Assembly (NCBI RefSeq): GCF_036321535.1
Contig: NC_087436.1
Location: 15,314,001 to 15,378,000 of the forward strand
Origin: Camelus dromedarius
Lineage: Eukaryota
DNA length: 64,000 nt
Reading direction: 5' to 3'
This document shows, one piece after another, positions 51,446-64,000 of this stretch. Below the pieces are notes generated by a model. It was not told where the DNA came from. It saw only the letters and a program-made list of their open reading frames with translations, and made no database searches. The translations under genes were made by a program, and so were the position numbers. The number at the start of each line of letters is the position of its first letter. Position 1 is the stretch's first letter.

Positions 51446-51612
51446 CAGTGTGTCACCCGAGTGTGGTCCTTGGAGCATCTGGGTGTTGGCTGAAGTGCAA
51501 ACTCCTGGGCCTCAACCTGACCTCCAAAACTCACATCCCCAGCACTCGGGAGTTTGCCTGTAAGAAGTTCCCAGGGAACTGCCCCTGCACGTTCAAGTTT
51601 GAGAACCTCTGG
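51446..51612. mobile_element. MER5-like hAT-Charlie element
   Basis: GTGTGGTCC...TGCAAACTCCTGGGCC...AAGTTTGAGAACCTCTG. Confidence 0.6.
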
Positions 51613-51955
51613 CACTGAGAATTAGAACAAATAGGAAAATAACTCTGTGAACAACTGAGGGAAATAAGAAAAGAGTAAATCTAAAGACAGCAGTCTATTA
51701 AATAATGTAAAAATGTGTTAGGGAACAATAAGCATATTATCTAAAATCAAAACAGTGCAAAAAATGGTAAACACAAAAAAATTCACTGTCCAGTAACATA
51801 CAATGTCACAGGAAGGATGTTTCATTTAGAGATTCAGCTGGCTAATAGGTAATATGTATTCGGTACTAAGTGCCAGAGACAACAAGCACATTAAATGCAG
51901 TATCTCATTTATTCTTCACAAGAACCCAACAAGGCAGGTATTATTATCCATAGAT

Positions 51956-51958
<3 letters not shown>

Positions 51959-51998
<40 letters not shown>

Positions 51999-52003
51999 AC
52001 ACA
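51959..52003 (+). repeat. (CA)n microsatellite inside a MIR
   Basis: About 22 CA units with one TA interruption. Confidence 0.9.
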
Positions 52004-55000
52004 CAGATGAAGGTGCTTGCCACAGTCACATTGCTAGTTAAACAGCAAAGCCCCAGAACTCAAACTAAGGTCTCTCTAAACTCAAAAGCCATTTTTCCAA
52101 ATATTAAGCTAGACTGCTTCCCCAAATTATATTAATCAAATACAGTGCATTAATAGAATGTATTAGATGACACACACTTTCAGTTTTCAATTAATAAATC
52201 AAATATGTCCACGTCAAAGCCTCTTATAACTGTCACTGAAAACTTCTAGGTCTACTTAATAACAGGCTCTCCTTGGATAGAGCAATTATTAATTTAAGAT
52301 GTCTAGAGCTGGCCTGCTGAGTATGATTTTTCTTCAATCCAAGTTTAACAGTGGACTGCCAATCCACGTCACACAGCTGCAGGCCCGCGACAGGACTGGG
52401 CCTTTTAATTACCTCATTCAATTGCCTTTCCTGATGACAGACTATAGTGATCGTCACATTTGGCCTCTCTGCTTCCACAGAATGCTCTGTGAAGTCCAGG
52501 CTGACTGACAAGGCAGAATTATTGCTTGGGCCAGGCCACTGCCATCCCTCAGATGCACCCGGGCGGGACTAAGATGCCATTAGGTGCTTCAAGCCTTCCC
52601 ACTGCTCCAGCTGCCATCTGGCCCTGAGGGGACACCTCCCTGCCCAGAACCCACTGGAGCCCACCTCAGAGGCTGTGGGGCAAGAGCAGCAGCTCCCAAG
52701 GACCTCATTTCTGCTGGACACCCCTGAGGCCCCTTCACTGCACACAGACCAGCCACCTGCGGGCCCAGGTGGGCACACAGGTATGCTGTCCATGCAATGA
52801 GAAGAGAATCATTTCAAGTGCTGGTTCACTCCAGGAGTGCTGAGAAGCAAAGTTCCATGTACATAAGTACAGCTCAACGTCATTATAGGAAGAGGATAAG
52901 GAGCCAGCAAAAAAAATAAATAAATAAAATTAAAAAGGTAGGATTATCTTTGGGAGCCTTTGGTAACTGGGTAACTGGACAGTTGGGTTAATAACGTAGA
53001 GAATGCATTTTAAAAAGCAAATGACTGAAATGCATAAATAAAAGTACGAAATGTAGAAACCAAAACACTACCCCAGTACAGTTTTCGGTATAGTTCACCC
53101 CAGGGAGTCTAGCGTGAAGCTCCATGACTCACGGGAAAACTATAAAAGATTTAGCAAAGAGACATCAAAGTTGAAAAATAAGATCTTGAAAGTCTAGGGC
53201 CAAGATGGCATCCTGATTCCCTCTTTCTTCCAATCTGCCACTGAAAGGAATGACCTGGTCAATGCAATTTTACAGCATTACTGGAAACCAGACACAAAAC
53301 GTCAAGGCGTTTGTCTTCAAGAAGTGACACCGATGGCAGCAGAGTGAGGAACAGCACCAACTTGCTGGGCATCCAAAATTGCAACAAGAAGTCAGCCAGA
53401 AGGGCGAGCAGGGGGGCTCATCTCTACCCTCCTGCCACCCCAAGCCCCTCCACCACCTCCCAGACTAGAGATGCACGAAGAAGGATGGACATCAGTGACA
53501 GTTAAGTGACAGGCTGCTCTGCCCACTCCTCACAGGAGACTGAAAACCCAGGCGTAAGGGCTCAGTATACACGCAGCACCCAATTATAGCTTGTCGATAG
53601 TCATTAATGGTGCTTGTTTGAAGATGGTACTTAGTTGCTCTTAAAATCTTCAGTCTCCAGTTTCACTGGGCAGGAAAGTCAAAAACGTCCCCAGCGAGTG
53701 AGAGCTCCACTGGGCTCTAAAAGGGGTCCCAGCCCACCCCACAGACAGACACACGAAATGCGCAACTCACAAGTGCGGCTGCTCCCAGCCTCTCAAAATT
53801 TCCATTTTCTCTAATCCCCCCAAAACTTCAATCCATCAACCTCAGTCACTAAGCTGTGAATTATTGAGCTCACAGGATACAGATCATGAATATGTATGTG
53901 CGTGTTCGGAAGACGGGTCTGTAAAACAAATGGGCTCCACAGTGGCTTATGAGAAGCCTGTGCGCGCACGCCTGAAAGGGAATGGGGGAAATGACTGTGC
54001 GCGTGTATGTTGTTCAAGCATGGTTTTAGCACACAAGAGATGGTGGGACAAATCAGGTGTTTTGGTGGCTTTTTTTGCTCCTGTTTCTCCAAGCGTACTT
54101 GTATGGAATAATTTGCTGAGTGAAACACAGCTGGCTGCTCTTCACAAAAAACCAAAAGGAACAGGCTTTCTCTGAGGTCACAGTTATTACGGCTAACGCC
54201 TGTGAGCTGCCTGCAGAAAAGGATGGTGTGTTATTTTTCCTTCCATCATTCATCCTTTACTTCTTCAGTGCACTCCCCTCAAGGTCTCCAACTACCACAG
54301 ACAGCCCCAGACTTCTGCTCTAATCTCCTCATGGGCTCCAAACAAAGAAGCCAAAATAACCCACAAAACAGACCAGCCTGGTTCACAAGACGCTGGACAG
54401 AAACAATATGATGGTGCTATTAACGCAACCCTGTCCCTTCTTCCAACCCTTCTGGGGCCACGGCAGCAATGAAGCCACCTTTGGCTGCTACTGCCACCTG
54501 TCTGCTGGTCTCCTACACAACACACCTGGACAAAGATTCCTCTAAGCTGGTGACAAACCCAATCAGCCTGCTCCACTTCTGTTCTTGTCTGCAGCCCCTC
54601 AGCCTGATCACAACATTCAAAAAAAAGTATAGGAGGGTGCATCTCTCTACCTGGGGGCTTTCTTCCACTATTATCATCATCCTCAAATATTTATTGATCA
54701 CCTAAAATATACAGGACACCATGCTATCCCCCAGAGTTCAGGGTCAGCACATTTTTTTTGTCCTTCCCCCACCGGCTCACCATCAAGGCTCAGCACCGAC
54801 TGACTCTCCCTAACTGCTCACTCCTCTGAGTCGCCGCACACCCCTCGCTTCTTTCTCTCTTCCACCACTTATCTTCGTCTATCTTGCTTCAAGTCTGTGG
54901 CTGGCCTATCAGTCTCCTGGGTCCCAGATCAGAAACTCCATGGAGATGAGAGGGTTTCTCGGCCCGTTCCCCCTCCATCTCCCCACAGGGTGTGGGAGTG

Positions 55001-55114
55001 TGCTTTGCACCTGGTGCACACTCACTAAATGGTCTTCAAACAAATAGCATTATCCTCTGACCGCATATTAGAGGGCAGAATTTGTCCTGGATTAAGTAAG
55101 ATAATATCTTTGCA

Positions 55115-55305
55115 TTTAACAGCATACTGTCTTCAGAATGCGCTCACATGATGAAAGAGGAGTATTACGATCCCCACTGTGCAGCTGAGGAAAATGAGAC
55201 TCAGGGAGGTTAAAAGCTTTGCACAAGGTCACACAGCAGTAAATACAAGAGCCAGGACCAGAACCCAGACCTTCTGACTCAGTCTAGAACTCTTCCACTG
55301 CACAC
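55115..55305 (-). mobile_element. MIR SINE
   Basis: GAGGAAAATGAGACTCAGGGAGGTTAA...CAAGGTCACACAGC...GAACCCAG. Confidence 0.7.
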
Positions 55306-55579
55306 CCTGCCTCTGTGTGAATCCACGTAATAAGCTTGACTTGGTGATGGTTACCTGGGCTTGAGATAGTTCCTTGTTCATGTCTCATCTGTTGTTAGGT
55401 ATCTGCCTGTCACATTAACATCTAACTATGTTTTAGGTTCCAGAGGATAAGAATCGGTAGATATATCTAGGCAGTTACTACAAACTATACTTTCTTACAT
55501 GTTTCTAGAAAAATTTAAGCCACAACTTACTTAAGCACAAGATCCCAGTACGCTCTTACAGGGGCCTTCTATCCCTGCT

Positions 55580-56320
55580 AGGGAACACTCTGCAAGGCTG
55601 ATATGAGCACAGAAGTGTGCTGGCATCTCCCACCTGCCCCTCTGCATCTTCTGTCCATCTTTCCCTCCTTGCTCTGAGCCCTGATTCACCCACTTCTTCT
55701 CCACGCTTCCCCTGCCACAGGGATTCCATCTGGGTTCAACCAATGGGAGCCTGGTAGGAGATGGGAGGAAGGGAAGAGAGTGACGTTTGGCTGTTCATTC
55801 CCCTGACTCCCTCTCTGACCGGCTGTGACCCACGGCTGAGGTCTCTGGCTCTTCTCAGGTGGTCCTCTCCATACAGCTCTTTGACCGTCTGCACACATTC
55901 AGTCCCGGGATGGTAATCAAGGTAAACCTGCCCAGAATATGGGCACAAATCCTTTGACACTCCTATCACCAAGAGGTGGGGGCTGTGTCCTCTCCCCTTG
56001 AAAGCTGGGGGGCTCTGTGACTACCACGGACAATAAAGTACAGCGGAAGTGACACTGCTCCGGTGTCCAGACTGGCAGCTTGTACCAAGGGATGCTAAGG
56101 CAGACCTGTTCCTGGAGAAGCCGTCCTCCCTGGCAGGTCTATCTCAGATTACCCAGGGGGCCCAGACACTCCCAGCCAGCCCCTCCCCGTCCCTGCGTTC
56201 GGGGTCAGATCAGCACTGCAGTTGGACAGCACCCCTAGCCTTCCCCACCTCATTTCCTACTTTCTCTCTCATGTTGAGTCCTATCTTGGCATCCTCTTCT
56301 CTGAGGACCCAGACTAATAC
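55580..56320. mobile_element. Cluster of old ERVL/MaLR LTR fragments (LTR33/LTR16-like and MLT1-like)
   Basis: GGGTTCAACCAATGGGAG, AAATCCTTTGACACTCC...GGAAGTGACACTG and GAGGACCCAGACTAATACA motifs; subfamilies uncertain. Confidence 0.5.
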
Positions 56321-56589
56321 AACCACACCAATAAATATTCAGCCTTGAAAATTTAGCATTGATAAATTAAACATACAGACATTAGAACTAGCTCTTGCTG
56401 AAGAAGGGCTGTCCCATTAACCTATAGTCATAAATAACCAGTTTTATACAATGTGATGTCCAGATCTGTGGCCAGATCTAATTCCTACATGACCGATATT
56501 AACACAGTATCATTTTCTTTAATATTATTTTTACCAAGTATAATTTGCACCTATCTCCAAAAATGTGTCCTTCCCTAAATGTCCAAAAG

Positions 56590-56930
56590 AGGCTTCCAGT
56601 CCCTTATCCAAAACCCTGGAGATCATGTGTATTTTGGAACTCAAAACTTTTCAGAAAGTACGATGTACATCTGCCACATTTGACTTAACAAAACAGCAGG
56701 TCTGAGGTAGAACTCTATAATCAAATGCATTAATATTTCTTCCATGAAATGTATAAATATTAACACAAGTACTATAAAAACAAATAGCCTTGAGGCAGTT
56801 CAGGCATGCGTTTGCCACCAAATGAGTTTAGCAAAGGTTAGACTGGACCACCATATGAATTATAAAAACACATTCAGTTTTCAGAGCTTTTCCAATTTTT
56901 GAGTTATGCATAAGGGACTGTGGACCCATA
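56590..56930. mobile_element. Tigger-family MITE (MER46-like)
   Basis: Inverted ends CAGTCCCTTAT... / ...ATAAGGGACTG. Confidence 0.6.
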
Positions 56931-57919
56931 TAGCCACACTACAGAAAACTAAGCAACCCTTTTAAAAACACCACTACTCCTTTGTACTAGCACAGAGGAA
57001 TGATCGGCCATCCCATGGTGTGGGATGAAGACAGCACATGACTTGCAAAGAAAGAACACAGAGTGGGGAGAAGAAAGGTGGAGACAGTCTTCACTTGTCA
57101 GGACCTGCCCACTCCCCACCATTTATTACCCAACCCTTAGTAATGGCTTCATTTCTGGTTAAGAAATGCCGAGAAATACTGTCTAGGAGTACTGATTGTG
57201 ATGTGGGAAAAATTTTAAGTCTGAATTTTTTATATTATTTATGAGATGCAGAGAGAGTAAGTTCACCTCTGCAAAAGGCCTCCGCTGACAGCAGGTAACT
57301 AAAATGTTAGGCATAAATTGGGGCTGAGATAGTACACAAAGGAAACTTATTTAGGATATGAAACGAGGCTCAAGGCAAAGGACATAGAATGTGAAAAATA
57401 CAGGCAGGAGCCCCTATGATAGACCTGAGACTTCCGGACATCCCTTCCCATGTCCGAGGCGAGGATACAGGATGTGTCTGCTCCCAGTGGGAACTCCTCA
57501 AGAAACACCGGGGTCTGGGCTTCTTCCCTCCTCTGCCTCTGAGCTCCTGTCCTGCCACTCATGAAAGGCTCATTTGTTCATCGACCACTCAGGGAGCCAG
57601 GAGCCAGAGAAGCTGTCCGCATTCCCCTGCTGCCCTGTGCCTTCCTAAACCTTTTAATTCAAAGTGATAAAAACACAAACAATAAAAGATGAAGAGCAGG
57701 GAGAAAAATAAATTAAGAAGGAAATATTCTCCTCAGTTGCTAAGTAGCCCTGGGGAGAAATGGTCTGCAATGGATAAAAGTTAAGGAATCTTAATTAGGG
57801 GGTGGAAATTCAAATTTGATATAGTAATGCTCACTTTGCATTTTATATATTCAGTATTGACTGTTTTTTGCCACAGTAACCATGTATTTATAATAACTTC
57901 ATGACTTTTTAAAATAGGA

Positions 57920-58051
57920 TTATTTTATTTGGGGTTTTTTGGGGGTGTGATAAATAGGTTTATTTATTTTTGATGGAGGCACTGGGGATTGAACCCAGGA
58001 CCTCATGAATGCTAAGCATACACTCTACCACTGAGCAATACCCTCCCCTCC
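57920..58051 (-). mobile_element. tRNA-Ala-derived SINE (vic-1 type)
   Basis: Reverse complement of the same head, with an AAATAAATAAACCTA... tail. Confidence 0.85.
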
Positions 58052-59903
58052 TTAAATCTCTTATTTTAATTATAGGCATAATTAAGTAACAATATTAGTT
58101 AATATACGTAAAGTGCTGTTATTTTTCTCCATGCACCACTGGCTGGGACTGTACTGAGTGCAAACACCCTGCCTGGCATTTTAATAAGCTTCATTCCATA
58201 TGTGTGCTGCTTATTCAACCCTCTAAGTCTAAGGTACTTTGTGTGGCGCTGGAGATTCCCCAGTGAATAAAACAGGTGTGAACTCTCCCCTCCCAAGAAG
58301 CAGGCAAAGCCTTGTGGAGACACTGAACAAGGTACTGCACATTTCATGATTTACTTTCACTTGTGGTAAGTGCTAGGAAGGAGAAGTACCCAGTGACCAG
58401 TCAGAGCCTCACAGCAGCTCTCCGAGGAGCACCTCATCCTCGATTATGGATAAAGCATCATCATTAGTATCTGTAACATCAAAGTATGCTAGTTACAATA
58501 ACATAAAATATCCCGAACAAATAATAATCGTCATTATTGCTATCATAATAACAACTTGGGGAATTATTTTCTATCAGCCGGTCAGTGGGAAAAAGGATGG
58601 GAATCAATGAGGAAAAAAGCCAAAACATGCGAAAGTGCACATGGATAATTACTCCCAAAGAGTTTCTGGGGCGCTAGGAAAATTCCTCCCTCCAGAGGCA
58701 GGGAACTTCAGTACGAGACGCCCACCCCACCTCCAGAACAGCAAGGTACTAACGGAAGGACCACCTGGAAACAAACACAAGATTTGTCTTTTCCAAAGAT
58801 ATGTCCCATATTTTCTAAGACAAATTTATTTTCAAAGACATAGCCCTTCTGTGGGAACCCTCAATATTCTGATGTTCAAACCACATCCAAGATTACCTCC
58901 TGAACCGTGAAGTAACACAAAACTCCTAGTCAGGCCAAGTGCCCTGTTTGTTTTGGGAATTATCACCACTCTGCTCAAAAGGCACGGATAGTAAGACGTG
59001 GACATCTTCCATCGAGACCTGCTGCTCTGAACCAGAACTGCCATCAGAGGTACAGCCAGGCTTCAAAGCTGCCGCCATCAGATACTCCTGGATTCTGTAA
59101 GATGGGAGCCCATGGAAATGGAACTTCCAGATACACAAAGGTGGGCGTTCCATCAAAAGGCATGTGATATGTTGCTCCTCGCTTCTCTCCCCACCAGGGC
59201 TGGCAACTCCAATAACTGGACAAACATCCTCTGAACTAAATACTATATATGTCTCTTTTCTTAGTGAAGAAAAAAACTCCTTAAAATTAGAATTCCAGGT
59301 CCATGGATGTCTCCTGACAGCTCACAACAGAAAAGATATCAGTTGATTTATTATACAAAATGAGCGTATCATGAGGAACTCAGAGTGATGCTAATGAGAC
59401 AGCCAGCCTTTGATGGGACCCTAACTTGGCTTCACTTTAATTCTTGCTGTCATAAAACTGTTGTAATAAAAAATTATGTTCTATTAAGCAGATGGCAACT
59501 CCATAGCACTGGTGCTACCAGTGCCCCTCTCCATGTCCTCAGCAAACCATGTGCTCACTTTGACAGACTTGTTAAGCTCAGGGGATGGCACAACAGAGAG
59601 CCCCAAGTAGCCACTACCTATGAACTCAAGTAGACACAAGAGCCGGTCTAGTTGACAGTCCTTGTTTAGACTGCCTTAACTTGACATTGACAAGGCCCTA
59701 GTCTATGACATCAAGGGATCCCATCAGACTTAGGCTGTCGACATCTTGAGGACCTGTGTTTGCTATTGGTAAGGAATAAGGATGGAAGGAGAAGGGAAAC
59801 AAGGCTCAAGTCACCATCAAGTCAACTATACTGTGTTCGCCTTCCTTGGCTTCCATCGGTTGTACTACGAACAGAGGAAAAATTACAGCAGCCGATCACT
59901 GAC

Positions 59904-59990
59904 CTTATGGAGAGCAGGAGCCAAGACTGGGACCAAGAATCCATTGTAAATGTAACTGACAAGCTGATTACGAATCAAGGGGTGAGCCAC
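59904..59990 (-). CDS. FHIP1A: FHIP1A coding exon B, 87 nt: VAHPLIRNQLVSYIYNGFLVPVLAPALHK
   Basis: Absent from the ORF track; found by reading the minus strand. Acceptor TCTCCCTTAG|GTG, donor AAG|GTCAGT; joins exons A and C in frame. Confidence 0.96.
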
Positions 59991-60606
59991 CTAAGGGAGA
60001 AACAAGTAGTCATAAAAAAGACAGAGTTCAATTTTTAGGTCTTATTAAAAACAAATACTTCTGTGTATATCCTGAATTCAAAAAGGAAAGCCAAATTTTG
60101 GCCATTTATTTCATGGTTAAAGAATAAATCAGACTTCAAACTGCCATATAATTTTTCCAGATGGTTTATTCCAGTATAAACAGCTTGGACTTGAAAATTT
60201 TTAAAACCCTGGTAATTTTAAGTTTCTATTTGAAAAAACAGCTAATAAATAGATCGGATATACATATGGACTCATAAATTAAAATCAGCAAACTGGAAAG
60301 TATAATTTTTGCTCCATAACTTCATCTCTGTCCTATCTCTACTTGTGACTAATTAAAACAAACAAACAAAAGAATTGTCAAAATGGACATTTAAATACAT
60401 TCATTTGCTAGCAGAAAAAAATTCTTATTTTAAAATACATTTCCTGATAATCGTTTATATTGGGGAGGAAGGCATTTAGAAACTTTTCATAAAAGATAGA
60501 TACTTTTCAAAAGCAGAACACATCATCAGCGGTATGATACTTCCTATATTTATTTTTCAAAATACATTTATCCCAGAATAACCCTTACTAATATCTTTTA
60601 TAGGTA

Positions 60607-60946
60607 CAATCGTCCTTGGGTATCTGTGGGTAACTAGTGCAAGGATGCCCCCACCCCACCAGGATACCAAAATCTGCAAATGCTTAAGTCTCTTATATAA
60701 AATGGCATAGTATTTGCATACAATCTGCATACATCTTCCCATATACCTTCAATCATCTCCAAATTACTTCTAATACTTAGTACAATGTAAATAGTTGTAA
60801 ACAATGTAAATGCTATGTAAATTGTTGCTGGTGCACAGCAAATTCAAGTTTGCCTTTTGGAACTTTTTTTTTTTTTTTTAATTTTTTCAGATCCTCTGTT
60901 GGTTGACCCGACAGGTACAGCACTTGCAAATACAGGGGGCCAACTG
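60607..60946 (+). mobile_element. MER2 (Tigger) DNA transposon
   Basis: TA flanks, TIR-like ends CAATCGTCCTTGGGTATCTG / CAAATACAGGGGGCCAACTG, and internal TATAAAATGGCATAGTATTTGCATA. Confidence 0.85.
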
Positions 60947-62114
60947 TAATCTTTTCACTAGTTCCCCCAAACACACTGGCCTCCATCTCAAAATGTGTTA
61001 TGAAATGTGTCATTTCTCTGTCCATGCCTGTTAGCTTTACTTCTCTTTCTTAAAAAAAAAAATTATAAAGGCAAACAATAAAGTAAAAAGCAATTTCTAG
61101 AGAAGAGAGGCTAGATCTTTAAATTACTGATAATCTCTCTTTGTGTGTACATTTGGGGAGAAACTAATAGTTCCATCTTTTTTATTTCCACACACTTCTG
61201 CAAGAAAACGTTGATAGGATGCAATACTAAAGGAAAAAAAATAACAAGACATAATCCATTTATCTTATACATAAATAAAATTTCCTTTGACTTAGCAATA
61301 AAAATGAGATAGGAACTAAAGTAATTTACTTGCATTTTCTTCCAGAAGCTATTTCTTTATTTGGTAGATAAACAGATTATAACTAACATTTTTCATCTTA
61401 CAATCACCATAAAGAAAATTCAATTTCTTAATAAATCCAATATTAAGGAAATATTTGTGCTATATAGAAATAAAACATTTTTGATGAAAATCTACTATGC
61501 CCTTAAATATATATAAAATTTGGTTTTTATTGAAAACAGTAACAAGAAATCTGAAGGTAAAAATCTAATCAAGAAGCCAAATATACTAGAGTTCAGTGGT
61601 TCTTTTTTCCCCGAAGCGGGCCAATTTCAAAGCAAATTTAATTTGTGTTGCTAAGATGATGCTTAACTTCTTCTAAATTCAATTGGGATAACAATATTCT
61701 TTATGTAGTATGCACCATTAAGCAAAATAAAGTGTTTTCCTTTGTAGACTCCCAAGAAGACCTTGAAGTAAAAGTGGTATAATCTGAAGTACACACAAGC
61801 CTAAAAATACCTATTTAATGAGTCAGGCATTGGACTTCTTTTTGATGGTTAAGTGGATAATCAAAACAGAATTAACACTTTTTATAAGGAAGATAAAGAA
61901 AATCTACTCATTTTTTTTCTCAATTAAAACTTCTCGGAAACCTATCAACTAACAACATTTTCCCTCATTCAAGGACATTCAGTGTGCTTAAAGCAAAGCA
62001 TCAGTATTCCATAAACATTTATTCAGGTAAGAAAAGGGATGCTTATAAGTGGATCCTTCAGGTTGCTTGCATTCTGGATGGACCACGACACGGGGTCCCC
62101 TCACTGCCCGGTAC

Positions 62115-62273
62115 CTGAATGACGGCATTGCAGAACTCGAGGGAGTTCATGAACTGGACGAGGGGAGGCAGCAGGAGCCAGTCGTCTTTCAGGAGGCAGT
62201 GCCATTCCTCGCCTTTCTCTTCTAGCTTCGTAGGCAGGGAAGAGTAGAGACCACTGAGCCCAGTTGCAAGCAC
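62115..62273 (-). CDS. FHIP1A: FHIP1A (FAM160A1) coding exon A (first in window), 159 nt: VLATGLSGLYSSLPTKLEEKGEEWHCLLKDDWLLLPPLVQFMNSLEFCNAVIQ
   Basis: Peptide recognised as the FHIP/FAM160 N-terminal domain. Acceptor ...ACACAG|GTG and donor CAG|GTACCG; phase 0/0. Confidence 0.96.
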
Positions 62274-64000
62274 CTGTGTTTGGAAATAAAAATGTTAATA
62301 AGCTCTTTCCCCAAGTTCTTAACCTGCAACTAACAGCTTCCAGGTGATTCCACTGCTGCTGGGCCAGAGACTGTCCTTTAGGTAGCAAGGTAGTCAAGCA
62401 TTCGGCGACAGCAGCTGGCTGGGAGGACTCAACAGGTGGAGGCAGGAGGGAAGGACAACTCCAGCAGGGGGACCAGAAGCCCCAGAGGTCTTCCGCTAAT
62501 CCACATGCAGATGCTGTGCGTTGCTGATCTCTTCCGCGCCAGGCGTATGCTGGGTTGGGGTAGGGGGGAGTGAGAGAGACATGTGCAAGAGGAAGAAAAC
62601 ATGATTCCAGCCCCCAAGGTGTTGAAGAGAGGGGCAAACCCATAAAGAACACGTTATATTACAACACGCTGAGTGCAAATGCAGGGATGGCCCACACTCC
62701 TGCCCACGGGAGGATGCCCTGGACTGAGGCGGCCCCGTACAGAAGATCTCACAGGAGAACCACAAGTAGCTTCAGGACAAAGATTCCTGCTGACATGTTA
62801 AAGTCATGATGGACACGTTGCATGGGTACAGTTTAGAAAGCACTTTAATCTCATCTCCACAAATTATAGCAAGAAAAAAGAACTGAGGGTCAGTTAGATG
62901 TGATGTCAGTAGTTCAAACAGAGCAAAAGGGGGTCAAAACTGAAGCAGCAGCAGCAGGAGAAAGAGGGGCAAAGAGCTGAGTGTCACCTGTAAAGTGGAA
63001 GCCAGGGTGATGTAACTGCAATATCTATCTATCCAGTATTAACCCAAAGCTCATGAGGTTTTCCTCCTCCCTCAGTGTTCTGTTCCCAAACGACACTGCC
63101 AGCGTTTGTGCTCAGGAAGGGAGGATGAGTGAGAACTCCAAATTGTCCCATTACTCAGCTTCACCAGGATTAAGATTCATCAAGATTAAGAAAATAGTGA
63201 TGCCTTAAAGAGATAGAAATGGAGAAAAGGAACACCACGTTGAGCATCTGTTGGTTTTAGGCACTTGTGCAGAATAGGACCAAGGAAAACAATTAACTTC
63301 GCAGTGCTGGGAAGTGATGCTAGCCAAACAGCACCTTAGGGATCCTGACCTGGCAGATATGCAAAGGATGGACAGAAATGGCCCAGAACAGAAGCCAGGA
63401 AGTGATCGAGAGAAGGTGTTGCTCAAGGGTAAGCCCTGAGGTGATGAGGGACTCAATGGGATAGAAACATTCAAGAAAACATTCACTCCTGAGTTAGGCC
63501 CAGAAAACAAACAGCAAAGTGTTCACTGATCTCAGTGTCTAATAAGAGATCAACAAGCAATTATAAGAGTGGAAAAATGCTCAGACTACATGACAGAAAA
63601 TATATGTCTCTGTGGATGTTACAAAAAGCCCTTACACCAGACTTGGAGTGTTCGGAGCAGGAAATGTTCTCAGAAGTGATATCCAAGCTGCTGAAGAATA
63701 AATAGGAGTTAGCCAGAAAAAGAGTGCTGGAGGGAAAACCACTCCTTGCAGCAGATGTACAAAAGCTCAAAGGAGACAGAGAAGATGGCATCTTCCAGGA
63801 ATAAGAGAAGGCAGTACTATGGGGGTGGAGAACTAGAGGTGGAAGGAGCCTGGCAAGGTAAGCAGGAGGCAGATCCTGCAGGGTCTTGGAGCACAGAATA
63901 AAGAGCTCGGGGACCCAGTGGACAGCCCAGCAGACAGCATGTGGGGCTAACGCTCAGGAGAGGGACCAGCCTGGAGATGGTGATCAGGAGGTGCCGTGTA

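Noticed and set aside
59625..59750. Possible long hairpin bounded by CTCAAG...CTTGAG
   Set aside because: Internal complementarity is too patchy to distinguish from chance by eye.

Overview
Mammalian genomic DNA, most likely camelid (inferred from tRNA-Ala-derived vic-1-type SINEs and artiodactyl-type L1 3' ends). The whole window lies inside one minus-strand gene, FHIP1A (FAM160A1; FHF complex subunit, Hook-interacting protein family). Nine coding exons were traced by hand, all with GT-AG boundaries and consistent phases: 62273-62115, 59990-59904, 32484-32317, 26733-26654, 18006-17816, 14421-13243, 6094-5916, 5599-5461 and 81-1, the last running off the window. Together they give 2263 nt, about 754 codons. 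The 5' exons lie beyond base 64000. Introns hold ordinary repeats: L1 (including a three-fold nested cluster), solo ERV LTRs, MaLR, MIR, L2, MER2/MER44/MER5 and microsatellites. I see no new gene or prokaryote-like system. The most interesting signals are hidden splicing elements on the gene strand. These are a 15-nt in-frame microexon candidate (22245-22259), a 25-nt frame-switching microexon candidate in the last intron (4731-4755), a candidate recursive splice site in the 27-kb intron (39611/39612) and four tandem 5' splice sites behind the weak donor of the large exon. All are predictions from sequence only. Repeat subfamily names and comparisons to human are from memory, not database searches.
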